The position numbers and the translations under genes are program-made. This document shows, one piece after another, positions 13,299 to 26,467 of a DNA stretch of 64,000 bases. The DNA comes from Owenia fusiformis (Eukaryota). Location: assembly GCA_903813345.2 (NCBI GenBank), contig CAIIXF020000001.1, positions 15,810,001-15,874,000 on the forward strand, given 5' to 3'. The first letter of the stretch is position 1, and each line of letters starts with the position of its first letter. The notes below the pieces were generated by a model. It saw only the letters and a program-made list of their open reading frames with translations, had not been told where the DNA came from and did not search any database.

Positions 13299-16200
13299 TT
13301 ATTTTTGCCTCATTGACAATGGCATAGACCTCTTTCTCAGCATATCGGAAAATGATTCAGGCTTGGCCTCCTGAAAATATCAACAGGAATGCTAGTTTAA
13401 TATATAATCAATAAAAATTGCAATTCTGTAGAACATGATATTATAGTGACATTTAAATGATAACAATACGATGTTATACTTATAAATATGTATTTTTGTC
13501 TAACCTTTTCGCAGTATACTATCGGGGCAAGTTTGGGAGGCAGCGCCATCTTTTCCACGTAGCCCGGACAACATGGCCCATTGCATATGCTTAGTGTCTT
13601 GATGCTTTTATAGCCTCGCATACAGCAAAGGAACTGCATAAAACAAATGCAATGGATAAATATTAGATGATTAATGTTTTACAATAAAATCATTTATTTT
13701 CGGAGACTGCATAAACCTAACTTAAAAGAAAGGTTAAGAAGTAACTGATGGCAATCTTGACTGATCAATTCATTAATCCTTAAATAAATAGATAAATAGA
13801 TTCATATTTTGCCATGCTAAGAATGCTCCTTTGCTACTGTAGTACTTTGTACAATTTTCCAATGAATTTGGCTCATCAATTCCTGAGAAAATACTTGTCA
13901 AAAAGTGGCTCACTTTTTTGGGACACCCGATAATATATGACTTTTTGTGACAATGATATATACCCTTAATTAATTTATCTCGCACCAAGGCTGATCTCGT
14001 TAATACTCTTTACAGAAAATTATAGAGCCTGTGAAAGTCAATTATTTTACTTTTAACTAAATGTAAATGCCTGATGATATATTTTGAGTGCCAAAGAGGT
14101 ATTTTTGGGTACAAATTATTAGAAGGTGAGCAAATTACCGCAGTTAAGATAGATTTCATCTAATATAACCTTTGGCATTGCGCTCTTTCGCCACTTAATT
14201 TATAAAGGAGACAAGGAAAGATTTAAATGGCAACGTTTCAAAAATATAACCCCTTTTAGGCACCCCGTCGGTACAAAACACTTGTAATTAAAGATTTGTT
14301 TAGCGTGGATGTATGGGACCCCTTCCTTCCCAACAGACTACTTTAATGTCACAATTTCTTATCAAAAACACATGTTCGCATAAACCTACATTGGAAATTT
14401 TGACAGATACAAGTTCCACTGATGAAAATTTACGTCAGGCATCTCTTTACAATTTAAACTATGAATATATTTGATTCAGCTACCGTATATTTGTATTGGA
14501 CATTGTCGACAATTTTGGTGTATCAATCTAAAAAATATAAAATAACTTTTCGAATACCTATTTCGGAAATGCTTGGTTGAGTATTGATTCGACCTTGCAA
14601 TAGTTGAATAAATACGTTGCCAAGTTTGGGAAAATTAAAAAAGATAGATGACTTTTTGGTTTTGAATTTCGGACGTTGATCCTGATTGTTATATACATCT
14701 GACGCAGTTAGATGCAATGAATCAGTGCGCACCAATCTCATAAACTCTATTACCAAAAGGGACGGGAACATTGGGCACTTGGTACATTTGTACCATCCCA
14801 CTGACATTTATCATTGTGTAACATGCTCTCGTACGTTATACGAGCTATGAGCTGACATACTTGACAAAAATGTCATGATGTGATGTATGTAGTGCCTGAC
14901 GCCGTATCTCGGGAGATTCAAAGGAGTTACAGTTTATTGTTCAGAACACTGGTAATTTTAGTTAATTATGCAGATTTGTATCACTTAGCGAAGATGGCTT
15001 CATATTTGCATGGATGAAGCATGAGGTATTAGGGATCCTGTTATCTAAAATGTAACCCATAAACGAGGGGTGTTCAATATGAAATGAGCGCCTTTTTACA
15101 ACACAGATGCTTCTTGTTGACCCATCTCGATGGTTTTTACACCAGTGCCAATTACCTATTAGTCCTGAAAATCTCAAAACAAAAAGAGCAAGATATCTCA
15201 ATTTTACTGGAGGTAGATACGAGTACGCCCAATAAGGATTGGCTCCAGGATCGAAACTCGATATTTTCCAACAATGAAAACGTCGAAATGTCGTTATTTT
15301 CTGAAATTATAACTGACTATTAATTCAAAATAAACCGTTCAAAATATTCGAACCAATATCTCGATCATTTTTGTGAGTTTTGGATTTTTCGTTTGGAAAT
15401 AAGACCAAAATTTACGATTCAAATGTTGAAGTGAACAAAATGGCGGTTGCTTGAATTCGAATTTTGTTCCACGACATGCCCATATATGGGACAGAATGAC
15501 GATGTTGCCCTCTGGGAGCTTATCCTCCTTAGATACCCCAGGACAGAAACGTATATCATGCATTCTAAAGCTTTTTCGCAGTCTCTGTAAAAGTGTCCAT
15601 AACTTATTGATCACCCCTCGTATACTTTCATTACGCTAAATGTATTAAATGTTCTCCGTGAAAATATTTCACGACTACGTCATACCCATTTAAGACGATG
15701 TAGTGAAATATTTTCACAGTAGACATTTAATTTATTTATTGGGTGTATATAATGAAACTTTTCCGACAAAACAGACACAGTTCATTCATTGTAACCTGAA
15801 ATTAGAGATGAGTCCCCTTAAAAAGTAGTTTTATCATCGATAACAGTTTTGGCGAAGTCTGGGAATAGGAATTTCGATGTTTCTGTTTAGCTGTTTAAAA
15901 GCATTTCATTGTATAATCTTAAAAAACAATAAAGGATAATATCCATTATCGCAGTTCATATTGCATTAGATTGATCTTTCCCAACGGTTCAAAGGGATAT
16001 CATAACCTCTTATGAGAAATACTTCATCATCCAGAAAGACAGACGAAACAAAGAGTTGATTAGAATAAATGCAATTTCAGATATTGACCTAACATCCTCT
16101 AATAAGAGTAGACGTTCTGAAAAGTCCGAACATTATTGCATTGATGAAAATAAAATGCAGAAATGAGTTTGGGATTATGAAACAATCACTTTCCGAGAAT

Positions 16201-17173
16201 GTTGAAGGGATAACTCGATTATAGCTTGAGTGTATTAGTGTGATTGTTTTTCTCTCGGAGTGATAATTGTCATGATATAGAATAGAAGACATCTCTGCTT
16301 GATTAAAACCATTTTACAATTTAATTTCGATCTTTAATTTTGGCGTGCAATTTAATTATTTTCACTATTGTGACAATACATTGCCGTCAACGTAATCGAT
16401 CAACTATTAGACCTATGGTAAAAATGGCGTAAGTTTTATCAAGAAGAAATTGGAACAATTATGTAGGGTCTAGAAAACCAAATAATCTGACTCAAAATAA
16501 GACTTTCATTAATTAAATGCTTGTTAAGCTGTGTAATCTTTTCTTGCCTTTATCAATTTAACGTGTCCCAACGTCATCTTCTTTTTCAAAACTGAATTTG
16601 TATTCTTGATAGTAGCAATAGAACCTCCCAAAACATTCCCCAGGCCCGTAAGCTTAGCGGCAAGGGACCGGAGAGGTTCTGTTTTATAAACATTCCAGGG
16701 GTTTCAAATTTGACAATATTTGCCCAAATTCATTTGTAGTGCTCAAATTGGTGAAAAACTCAACCCCCTCCCCTCTCAGTCTCTTACAGGAAATTAACAA
16801 ATTCAAATTTGACAATTTTTGCCCAAATTCATTTGAAGTGTTCAAATTGGTGAAAAACTCAACCCCTCCCCCTCTCCTATAGGAAATTAATATCGTTGGT
16901 GAAAATTGCGCGTCATTAAACTGACGTAGAACTTAATCTATTCGTCATCTTTGAAAACAAAAATTAAAGCAACGCGTTTAACTTAATTCAAACGAAAATA
17001 TTTTTCACTTTTATTTCAAATTGACTTTTTGCTCTTATCAAGATATAAAAACGGCAAAATAGTTCCGGAAGTAGTTGCATGAGTATAATTACCTGGTCAT
17101 CCGTGTATACTGTTACAGCCAAAAATGTCACCAATACAACGTATGTAATCACAGAAATCTGACTTCTATTCAT
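13299..17173 (-). CDS. Putative small secreted cysteine-rich peptide precursor
   Basis: Phase-0 exons 17173-17093 (signal-peptide-like MNRSQISVITYVVLVTFLAVTVYTDDQ), 13633-13505 (FLCCMRG...CNGPCCPGY...YCEK) and 13370-13299 (EAKPESFSDMLRKRSMPLSMRQK*), all with GT/AG. Linkage of the first exon is inferred. Confidence 0.5.
16703..16890 (+). repeat. Tandem duplication, ~100-bp period
   Basis: TTCAAATTTGACAAT...CAACCCC...AGGAAATTAA occurs twice. Confidence 0.8.
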
Positions 17174-18761
17174 TTTTAAGTGTTATATAATATTTGATTT
17201 TAAATATCTCCGAGATGAACCGTCTTATTCTTAGAATTGATTCAGCGTGGCTCAACTTCTATTCAGTTGATTTCAGTTTTTATCGTCTAGTTTGGAGTGA
17301 ATATTCAACCTGAGATATGATATCCTCCTTTGCTTATATCAGGTGTTGTTCCTTCCGTCTCTTCTGATAAGGTCGTGTTGGTATTTGTATCAATCTCTGC
17401 CTCGTTGGCTTATGTTCTGGTGATGCCTTATCGCTGTTGAATCCCTTATGATGCCCGCTTGATATCAGACCCATTGTTTTATACCATCTCCAGCAAAGTA
17501 TTACCCTTCGCAAGAGGGATTGACATTGTATCGGGCTCTTTATAACTACATGTATTAGACGCTTGAACTCACGCAATCAATTGGAAAATTTTGATATTTT
17601 TTTCACAATTTCAATGAGTTAAAATAATTGAAAAGAGAATCTCTACGGGGATATTCGATCTATTGAACGCTAGGGCTGTTCGCCTTTAGTGAATGTGTTA
17701 TGCATGTCTACCCTGGGTGCAGTGGTTGCTAATGATAGCTATATGATAGTTATGTATAGATTTTTCAAATTATTGTAATTTGTGATAGACACTCACAGTA
17801 CGGTAACAGCAGTTAGAGCTGATATTGAAAATGGAGTCAAGTTACATTTCCACCTTTATCATAAGTTTTTTCATAGCTTGTAATGTAAGTAAAAATTCAA
17901 ACATGGAGAGGCTTTAACACGTAGTTCAATGAGGGAGTTCTGGCAGCAAACTTATTCAGGGGGAGTGTAACACCTTGGAAGTCCAAGATGGGGCTCCAGG
18001 GTATATTCAATTATAAATGATAATAGATTTTTTCCATGTATGACATCTATTGCTTTAGTTTTTATATGGTACTTTAAGATGTGACTTGGTGTAATTCTGG
18101 GGACAAAAGTGGTAGGACTAATGGACTTTAAATTATCTTTATTTCCATACTATAGCGATATCCTTTCATATGGATTATGGCACGATATTTTAATATCAAC
18201 TTTACTATGACTGCGCACTAAGTAAATCTGTTTGAAAGGCCATGGTCTTTTTATCATAGTTGGTAACACCTGAGTCGTGTATAAGTGGTATTTTAATGGC
18301 GTTTTTTATAAACATCCTGCCTTTAAGGTTGCGGGGTGGGATCTGTCAAACGACGGCTGGAAGGAATCGGAATTGGAAATAGTGACACTGCAATGAGCAT
18401 TAATTAAAGGGGGGAAGTTCAAAGAACATATTTCTGATAAAGGCTTCATGGCACAGTTTGAAACTAATTAAAACTCATTGAACAGATATTTATCTAAATT
18501 TTGCATTGCATGTCTATTTCAGGTAAGACATAAATAAGACATGAATAAACCTTTAATATAATATCGTGATTTTTAAAGGATTTATTACTTTGCCTCATTA
18601 TGAAAGCGACATCTTTTAACTTTGTAATTGTTAAAATTGAAGCACTGATTACCATTGATTTAGCATAATTACCATTAGACTACATATAGTCTAATATATA
18701 ATACTATGTTTAATGATACTATTTCAAAAAGGGTATCGTATCGTTCGTATGTTATATTTCC

Positions 18762-20420
18762 CACGGGTAACTAGAGTATCCGCGTATATTGAGTATGACC
18801 GGTTCTAAGCTTACGAGTGTGACCGTATTTCTGTTCCTATAAACAGACGAGGTGAGTACTTGCTTTTTATGAACACTTTCGAACGTTTTCTTTTTATCCT
18901 ACTTGGTCAATGAATGATACTTGGTATACTTATAATGCCAGGCATATCACAAGGGGCCTTAATCAAGAGAAAACGTATTAATATTAGATTGAAGCCGTAA
19001 AATCCTAGTTTCCAGCATCTTTGATCAGTTTTTGTGTAACACAACGCAACTCCGAAGAGGATGACACATCTTATGTATAATATATAGCTAGATCTACGAA
19101 TTAGTCATGAATATTTTAAATAATTTAGCCTGCTCTGTCCAAATATGATACATCTTTGAATTTTTGAGAATACGAATGTCACTGGTGCCCCATTATTGGA
19201 GAATACGGTTGTGAAATGTCTTGGATCGGCATTTAACCGGTGTTTGGATACGACTTTTAGCGGTGACAGATGCAAAAGGTAATTCGAAATACCAGAATGT
19301 TGAGACTCTTCAGACGCTTGCAGTAGGTCTCCAATATAAAGTGGGAAGAACTAAATAAGAGTAGATGACTTATAGTGTCAAGAGCCTATTTTTTCCAAAA
19401 GAATTCAGTTAAACGTAGACCGAAAACAATAGCCTTGTTTGATTATAATTATGTTGTCCCATTTCAGACCTTTTGTAGATTTGTGGTTAAATCAGTTGAC
19501 CCGATTTCAGAATGTTGGCGAAAGTAATGGCAAAATATGCTTTTAGAACATTTTTATCGAATTTCAGTAATATATTAAGACAGGTTTTATACCAATACAT
19601 TACAATGTATGGAAAGAAAAGTTTATCATGTATTTGAAAATATGAACATATTATAAAGTTTGTCAGTCTACCCCTAAAGGTGTTCAACAGCTGATTGGTA
19701 CTAGCGATCCCGATGCCACAAAACGCAAGACACTGTTGTGCGCGTTGTGTGAATTTAACACCACACACAAAAATAGTCTTACAAGGCATATGTCCAGAAA
19801 GCACACCTCTGTTTATGATGTTTTTGAATGCGATCAGTGTGGCAAGATTTATAAAAGCAAGGACACCTTGAACGATCACGTTCGAGGGTACCATAATGGA
19901 GAGTTTAGGTGCTCCCAATACATACACTCGTATTCTACACCGGTAACATTCCGATCACATCAATCAGTGGGCCGTGTTACACTCGTTTCCATGACATTTC
20001 ACAAGCGTATCCTCTGGGAAAAGATAAATCCTTCTCTTGCTCACTCTACGGGGGATCATATAAACTGAGATTTGGAGATCTTGTTCAGGTTAGCCATAAA
20101 AAGGTTTGGGATTTGTTTTTTTCTACTGTGATATTAATGATTTGGCTCTAAGGCGAGAAATCTGTACTTTCTGATTGATATTCCATTATGAACAGTTACA
20201 TTGCTAAAATAGCTCATGTTTAACATTTTTTTGTTACATTACTATTAAATACAGCATAAACTATATTCAACAAACACAATTTCAAAAAGGATAATATAGA
20301 AGTTAACCTTTATTTTCCATTTTTAAGCAGCTGTGCCTCTCATGACTTTCCAAAACAGGTCATATTCGTAGCCTAAGAACCGGTCATACTCAATATACGC
20401 GGATACTCTAGTATCCCGTG
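18762..20420. mobile_element. Non-autonomous CAC..GTG DNA transposon with 5-bp TSD (Transib-like) carrying a C2H2 zinc-finger fragment
   Basis: ~60-bp TIRs CACGGGTAACTAGAGTATCCGCGTATATTGAGTATGACCGG / ...GGATACTCTAGTATCCCGTG; TTTCC at 18757-61 and 20421-25. Confidence 0.85.
19739..19920 (+). pseudogene. Two C2H2 zinc fingers, gene fragment inside transposon
   Basis: CALCEFNTTHKNSLTRHMSRKH and CDQCGKIYKSKDTLNDHVRGYH; no evident complete gene. Confidence 0.7.
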
Positions 20421-20475
20421 TTTCCTATCTTTATTCCAGGCCTATACATTTATTACACTTCATAAATAGTATAAT

Positions 20476-22340
20476 TGTTGTCGCCAGAATTACACCACCA
20501 AAAAGTGGTGACATATTGTTATAGTCTCCGTCTACAAGTTTTCATCTACAAGTTTTCACATGTTCAATTCTGACTTTTTATTTAAGATTTGACCTTCAGA
20601 GACTCTGGAGGCTCTTCAAGGTCTCTGAAGGTCAACTCTTAAATAAAGTCTTAAATAAAAAGTCAAGGTAAAAAAGGTCTAAAAGGTATTTTTCAACTTG
20701 CTTCAAGTTGACCAATTTTTTCAAAATTATCTACAAGTTATCAGAAGTTCAAATTTGACTTTAGATTTGAGCTTCATTGACCTTCTCAAGATCAAAAAAA
20801 GTCAAAAAGGTCTTTTTTGACTTGCTTCAAATTGACCAATTTTTCGAAATCATCTACAAGTTATCAGAAATTCAAATCTGACCTGAAATTTGAAATTTGA
20901 CCTTCATTGTCCTTCTCAAGGTCATAAAAGGTCAAAAAGGTATTTTTCAACTTGTTTCAAATTGACCAATTTTTTCCAATCAAATTGACCAATTTTTTTT
21001 CAAAATCATCTACAAGTTAACAGAAGTTTAAATCTGACTTTAGATTTGAGATTTGACCAAATAAATAGTACCGTGGGTACTGGGATCACATGGTGATGCT
21101 CTGAAGTGAATGATGGCTAAAATCGCAGAAAAAACGAATATTTTTTGCCGATTTTTTGTAACAAAATTATTTCATACAACTACTCTTTACAGTGACATGG
21201 CTAGCTTTTTACATTGCAGGACACCTGAAATTATTTGTAAAGCTAGGAAATGGGCCAAAAGTGAATTTCACGAGACAAAAATGGCGACCATTTTGAAAAT
21301 ATGTAGATTTTAAACCAGGAGTCATAGGGGAGTTTTCTGTATTGATGTTGGAAAAAAATTACTTGAAACGGGAATCCTATCGACAGAGGTTTAAGGCAAA
21401 TGGTCCAAAAGTGGATTTCGCGAGACAGATGGACAAATCAATGTTAAAGAGGTAATCAGGTATAGCGAGCAGGCTAAACAAAAAATTGTTTCAATTTTAG
21501 AATATTTTTGGCTCACGTCATTCCTTATCATGTCTATTTTCTAAAAATCACAAAAGTGCATACTTTATTCCAGGAAAACTAAAGATTTTTACAATAATGT
21601 ATTATTTTTCTATGATTTGGGAGAATTTAAACATTTTTTTACATTTTTTAACTAAAATGGCTGAAAATAAAAAACGGATATGATTTTTTATCGATTTTTT
21701 GTAACAAAATTATTTCATACAACTACTCTTTACAGTGACATGGCTTTTTTACAATGCAGGATACCTGAAGTTATTGGTAAAGCTAGGAAATGGGGCAAAA
21801 GTGTATTTCGCGAGACAAAAACGGCGACCATTTTGCAAATAGGCAAGCTTTTGAACCTGGAGTCATAGGGGAGTTTTTTGTATTGATGTTGAACAAAAAT
21901 AACTTAAAACGAGAATCCTATCGACACGGGATTTAAAGCAAATGGTCCATAGTTTTTTTTTTAATATTGATGTTGAATAAAAGTAACTTAAAACGGGATC
22001 GATTCCTTTTGACCGAGGTTTTAAAATGGGCCAATTGTTGACAGACGGACGTAATTTGTTGCTGCTGCATCAGTGTCTTCATTCATTTTCTTCTTTCTTC
22101 TTCCTTTTTCTTGATTTGATTGTTGTCTTGATTTGATTCTTCAGGGTCGGACGGACAGACAGACTGACAAGTGAATGATTGCAATAGCTCACCATGTGAG
22201 CTAAAATGTCGAACATGTATTTTTTCAACTTGCTTCAAATTGTCCAATTTTTTTTCAAAATCATCTACAAGTTATCAGAAGTTAAAATCTGACTTTAGAA
22301 TTGAGATTTGACCTTCATTGACCTTCTCAAGGTCAAAGGA
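20476..22340 (+). mobile_element. HINE-like repeat (TTGACC/GGTCAA-rich units), related to the arms of the 47.5-54.3 kb element
   Basis: Tandem units TTCAACTTGCTTCAAATTGACCAA...ATCATCTACAAG shared with 53.2-54.2 kb. Confidence 0.65.
21058..22206 (-). mobile_element. Second HINE nested in opposite orientation
   Basis: Palindrome TAGCTCACCATGTGAGCTA at ~22186 next to (GACA/GACG)n; subTIR TCACATGGTGA and hairpin AGTACCGTGGGTACT at ~21067; internal duplication 21110-21410 / 21655-21950. Confidence 0.7.
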
Positions 22341-23325
22341 TTGTTATATAGTGGTCGCCCCCCTTCCTTGCCCTCCCATATCTATCTTCATTCTAGCCCT
22401 AATTTGTCCAGAGTTAATTTTAGCTTCATAGACAACATTTAACAAGGCATTAACATGACGAAATATCACTACCTAGTTGATCACAATATTATTGTAGATG
22501 GTTTTGAAAAATGGTCAATTTGAAGCAAGTTGAAAAAAGACCCTTAATTTAACCATGAAAATGTCGTTGAAGGTGGAATCTCAAATCTAAAGTCAGATTT
22601 GAACTTCTGAGAACTTGTAGATGATTATATATTAGATTAGATGATGGTAACCGTCTCGATATGATCATCAATTTATCATATAATAGTACTTGTACCTAAT
22701 TCCCCATTAGGACCATTGGATCGATCACTTAACCAGTGAACTTTTTTCAAGTGTAATGTTTACCAGCCACTGCTACATTTTGAAATATTTGTTGACGTAC
22801 CATAGTGGTCTGAAATTTTTATATTCCTGAAATTGAGACCCAGTAATGGTCGGACAGTCGGTGAGTGAGTGCAAAAATATGAATAAATAGAAGTATAGAT
22901 AAAAATTTAAGGAGTACTTTATATTTATATTATGGACATTCCAGTGATACAATGTACTCTTAATTGCAAAAATTTACATTAGGTTTATCGATAGGTATTT
23001 GTCGTCGAATTGAATAAATAAGTTATCTTGCACAAGTAAGGTAAATCAAATGACGAGTGTTATGATAGCATTTGAGGCTATTTATGAAACATTTGACATG
23101 GAAGATATTGATTATCTGGTAAATCATGTTTATTGTATTTTATTTATATAGCGATTAGAAAGTATCGATCACTATACATGTAAAAACAGCAGCTCTCCGT
23201 AGCTGATAGCACAATAGCAAACATTAAAAATAAATATAAATTAAGACTAATTAAAATTGAGCGCATCAGGAAAGGGGATTTTTAAAATAGAAACATCGTT
23301 TTGTTAAAGAACGGAGTGAATAGTC

Positions 23326-24816
23326 ATGCATGATGTGAAACGGTCATGGGTGAGACTAAAACGATCAAAATGTGCTTATTTAGTACTCGCAATTATAGGG
23401 ATCATCATCGGCAAACTAATAATCAGTTATTTTCGGTTCAACAAATCTTCACGCTATAATGTGGAACCATTAAATGTATCTGATCAGTTTATTTGGGAAA
23501 ATATCGGCAAACTCGCAACTGATGAAAGGGCACAACTAAAGAAAGTCACATCAGATAAATATATACAAGGACACGTAGGATTACATGTCCCATCAACTGG
23601 TATCACATGCAATGGTATATCATCGCCTAGTCATTGGGATGACGAATCCAGGACATTCCAGAATGTCTCGGACAGGCCTATCTATGTGTTTTCTGCGTTT
23701 CTGGACCACGCTTTGAATAATTTCAATAGCTCTGTCGTTCGTGTTGTTGCTGCAGGTCAGCAACGAATGTTTCACAATATTGGACCTATACATTGTATCC
23801 TGTGGTATGATGATAAGGCTACTTTTGGCGTTCCAACTGGAGAAGCCAACTATGAAGTAGTTTATAAAAGTATTGGAGAGAGAGACATGTATACCGTTCA
23901 CTTCATTAACTGCCCTATTAAGAGGAGATCAATGTCAAAACATCCATTCGCTGTATCAGTGGTGCCGTCTCCATGCCAACAACCTGATAACTATCTCACT
24001 GTCCTCAACGTACCCGATGATCGAGGTTATCAGGAGCGAGAGGACTTCGGAGTATGTGTCTCTCCTCTTTACAACCACGTCAATGACATTGTCCCGATGC
24101 TAGAGTTTATCGAGATCCACAAAGCCCTCGGTGCGACCCGTATCACATTTTACGATATGGGTCAAGTATCCATGGGAGAACACGTCCGTGAGTTGATGGA
24201 CCACTACGTTTCACTTGGAATAGTAGAGCTTGTCCCGTGGGTGTACCCGCGTTCGCTGGATGTCAGTTACTTTATGCAAAGGGTTGCCCTAAATGACTGT
24301 CTATATCGCAACAAACTGCAAGTCAAATACCTTGCAGTCAACGATCTGGACGAGTTCATGGTCTCTCGCACTAGCGACTATAACTGGAAGTTCCTATTGA
24401 ATACCATTGAAAAGCAAGATCATAAAACACCAAAAGAAAACATAGGTGCATATTTGTTCCAGCATGTCTATTTTGGTAGAAACCGTGCTGTCCAAAGTAA
24501 AGAACCATTTTTCATGACCCAGACTTCCTTCAAAAGACCGTCTGAACCCTTGCCACCTGGTAAAATTAGATGTAAAGCAATGTACAAGGTAGAAGCTGCC
24601 TACAGCATTGATATTCACTTTCCATACAAACTATGGGCAGGATACACTGAGCGTATCATTGACCCGAAACTTGCTCTTCTTCACCATTACCGCATTGGAC
24701 CTATGAACTTTCCCTCGGCAAAGGGGAAACATATTGATATAGTTGAGGATAAGACTATGACAGCATTTGCGAATAAGATAAAGAGTGCGTTTGATGATTA
24801 TAAACAATCTAATTGA
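23326..24816 (+). CDS. Glycosyltransferase family 92 (DUF23; GALT-1-like), type II membrane protein, intronless
   Basis: 496-aa ORF, N-terminal TM anchor, motifs VFSAF, FGVCVSPLY, GATRITFY, QxxALNDCLYR, DLDE (DxD), LLHHYR. Confidence 0.9.
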   Translation: MHDVKRSWVRLKRSKCAYLVLAIIGIIIGKLIISYFRFNKSSRYNVEPLNVSDQFIWENIGKLATDERAQLKKVTSDKYIQGHVGLHVPSTGITCNGISSPSHWDDESRTFQNVSDRPIYVFSAFLDHALNNFNSSVVRVVAAGQQRMFHNIGPIHCILWYDDKATFGVPTGEANYEVVYKSIGERDMYTVHFINCPIKRRSMSKHPFAVSVVPSPCQQPDNYLTVLNVPDDRGYQEREDFGVCVSPLYNHVNDIVPMLEFIEIHKALGATRITFYDMGQVSMGEHVRELMDHYVSLGIVELVPWVYPRSLDVSYFMQRVALNDCLYRNKLQVKYLAVNDLDEFMVSRTSDYNWKFLLNTIEKQDHKTPKENIGAYLFQHVYFGRNRAVQSKEPFFMTQTSFKRPSEPLPPGKIRCKAMYKVEAAYSIDIHFPYKLWAGYTERIIDPKLALLHHYRIGPMNFPSAKGKHIDIVEDKTMTAFANKIKSAFDDYKQSN

Positions 24817-24899
24817 AATTAATGCTTTAGCTACTATAGTGGAATATGTAGTCTTGCATCAAGACTATCATACTCACGTTATAAGTAAACTATGTTCAG

Positions 24900-25467
24900 A
24901 GAAACAAGGAGGGGATAGAATCAATAGTCTTGCATCAAGACGACTTTCATGTTCACCTTATAAATAAGCTGTTTGGGGAAATAAGCAGGAGGATAAAACC
25001 AGTAGTCTTGTATCAAAACTATTATACTCACCCTATAACTAAGCTGTCAAGGAAAATAGAGAGGTGGACACCGTAGGATTTTTCAGTATCCTTGTGTTAA
25101 TTGATTTGCGAGGTAACTGATGCTGGCTGATTTTTATATTATACAATTTTTATATCTATTCAAATCGAATACCCACCTTAAGCTGATCAGGGACACAAGA
25201 AGGGGATATAATCAATAGTCTTGCATCAAGACGACTTTTATGCTTACCTTATGAATAAGCTGTTTAGGGAAATAGGGAGGAGGATAGAATCAGTAGTCTT
25301 GTATCAAAACTATTATACTCACCCTATAACTAAGCTGTTAAGAAAAATAGAGAGGGGGACAGAGGCTCAGTAGGATTTTTCAGTATCCTTGTGTTAATTG
25401 ATTTGCGAGATAACTGATGCTGGCTTATTTTATATTATACAATTTTTATATCTATTCAAATCGAATA
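24900..25467 (+). repeat. ~290-bp tandem duplication downstream of GT92
   Basis: ATCAATAGTCTTGCATCAAGACGACTTT...TTCAAATCGAATA occurs twice. Confidence 0.85.
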
Positions 25468-26467
25468 AGCTATTAGCAATATAATTCGATATTTCTGAAC
25501 AAGAAACGCTCTGTTACATTCGTGTTTTCTGATTAATGTGTTTCTGATTGATCAGAATGGAAATAAATGAATTCAATATCCTCCCCCGGGACTACATGGG
25601 TAACGAAGTACAAGTCGTCGAATGTCCTATGTGTTTTAGAATATACCTTTTTACAGTGCATGTATGGCTGGCCGATGCACTTCAATTCAACTTCAATTAA
25701 TTCAATGCGTTGGAGGTCAAGCCGTCAGCCGGCAGTTGCATTGACAAGAAATATGACAGAGTTATAATACAATTTGTCCTTTTACGTTATCATATTATCA
25801 AGTTCAAAAAAGACATCTGCTATCCCCTCCAAAATGTTGGTATCCTACTGAAGTCTCCCATGTCCCATTTGCTGGAGCATGTATATGATTGGCGGTAAGT
25901 ACAAATAAGTACTGAAATGAATCATAAATGTCCGATCTAATTGTAATAATCCAGGAACACAATAATTCAAAAACAGGATTCATCACTCTATATATGTCCA
26001 TGCTCAATCCTATGGGGGGGTCAGTTGCCGAAATGAACGCTTTTAAAAATACGTGCATTTTCCGGTATCACATCTCCCGGGAATCTATGACTTTTCGTTC
26101 ACCAATTTCGCTATATCGAACAAATATATAACGAGAGTTCTGGTTCGTGCACTATATACATCACTCCTAGCAACCAGTTATATCAATCCGCGTAATGAAA
26201 CAGCGTGTCTTTAGCCAAAAATTCGATAACCGTTGCCAAAGGGAATCGTATTGTATTTTCTTTTAGATCTTTTGGATGTTTTCATGATATTGTTAAAGTG
26301 ATAACTAATAAAAATAGCAAATGATTTATTCAATTTATATTTTTGCACGGAGGAATAACAAAGCATAACACTGCGTTGTTAGTCATATAAACAACAGCAC
26401 ACGGGAAAGCATACATTTCACTTTGCTTGAATATTATCTTGTTTCCTCTCGACAAAAAGGAATAAAA

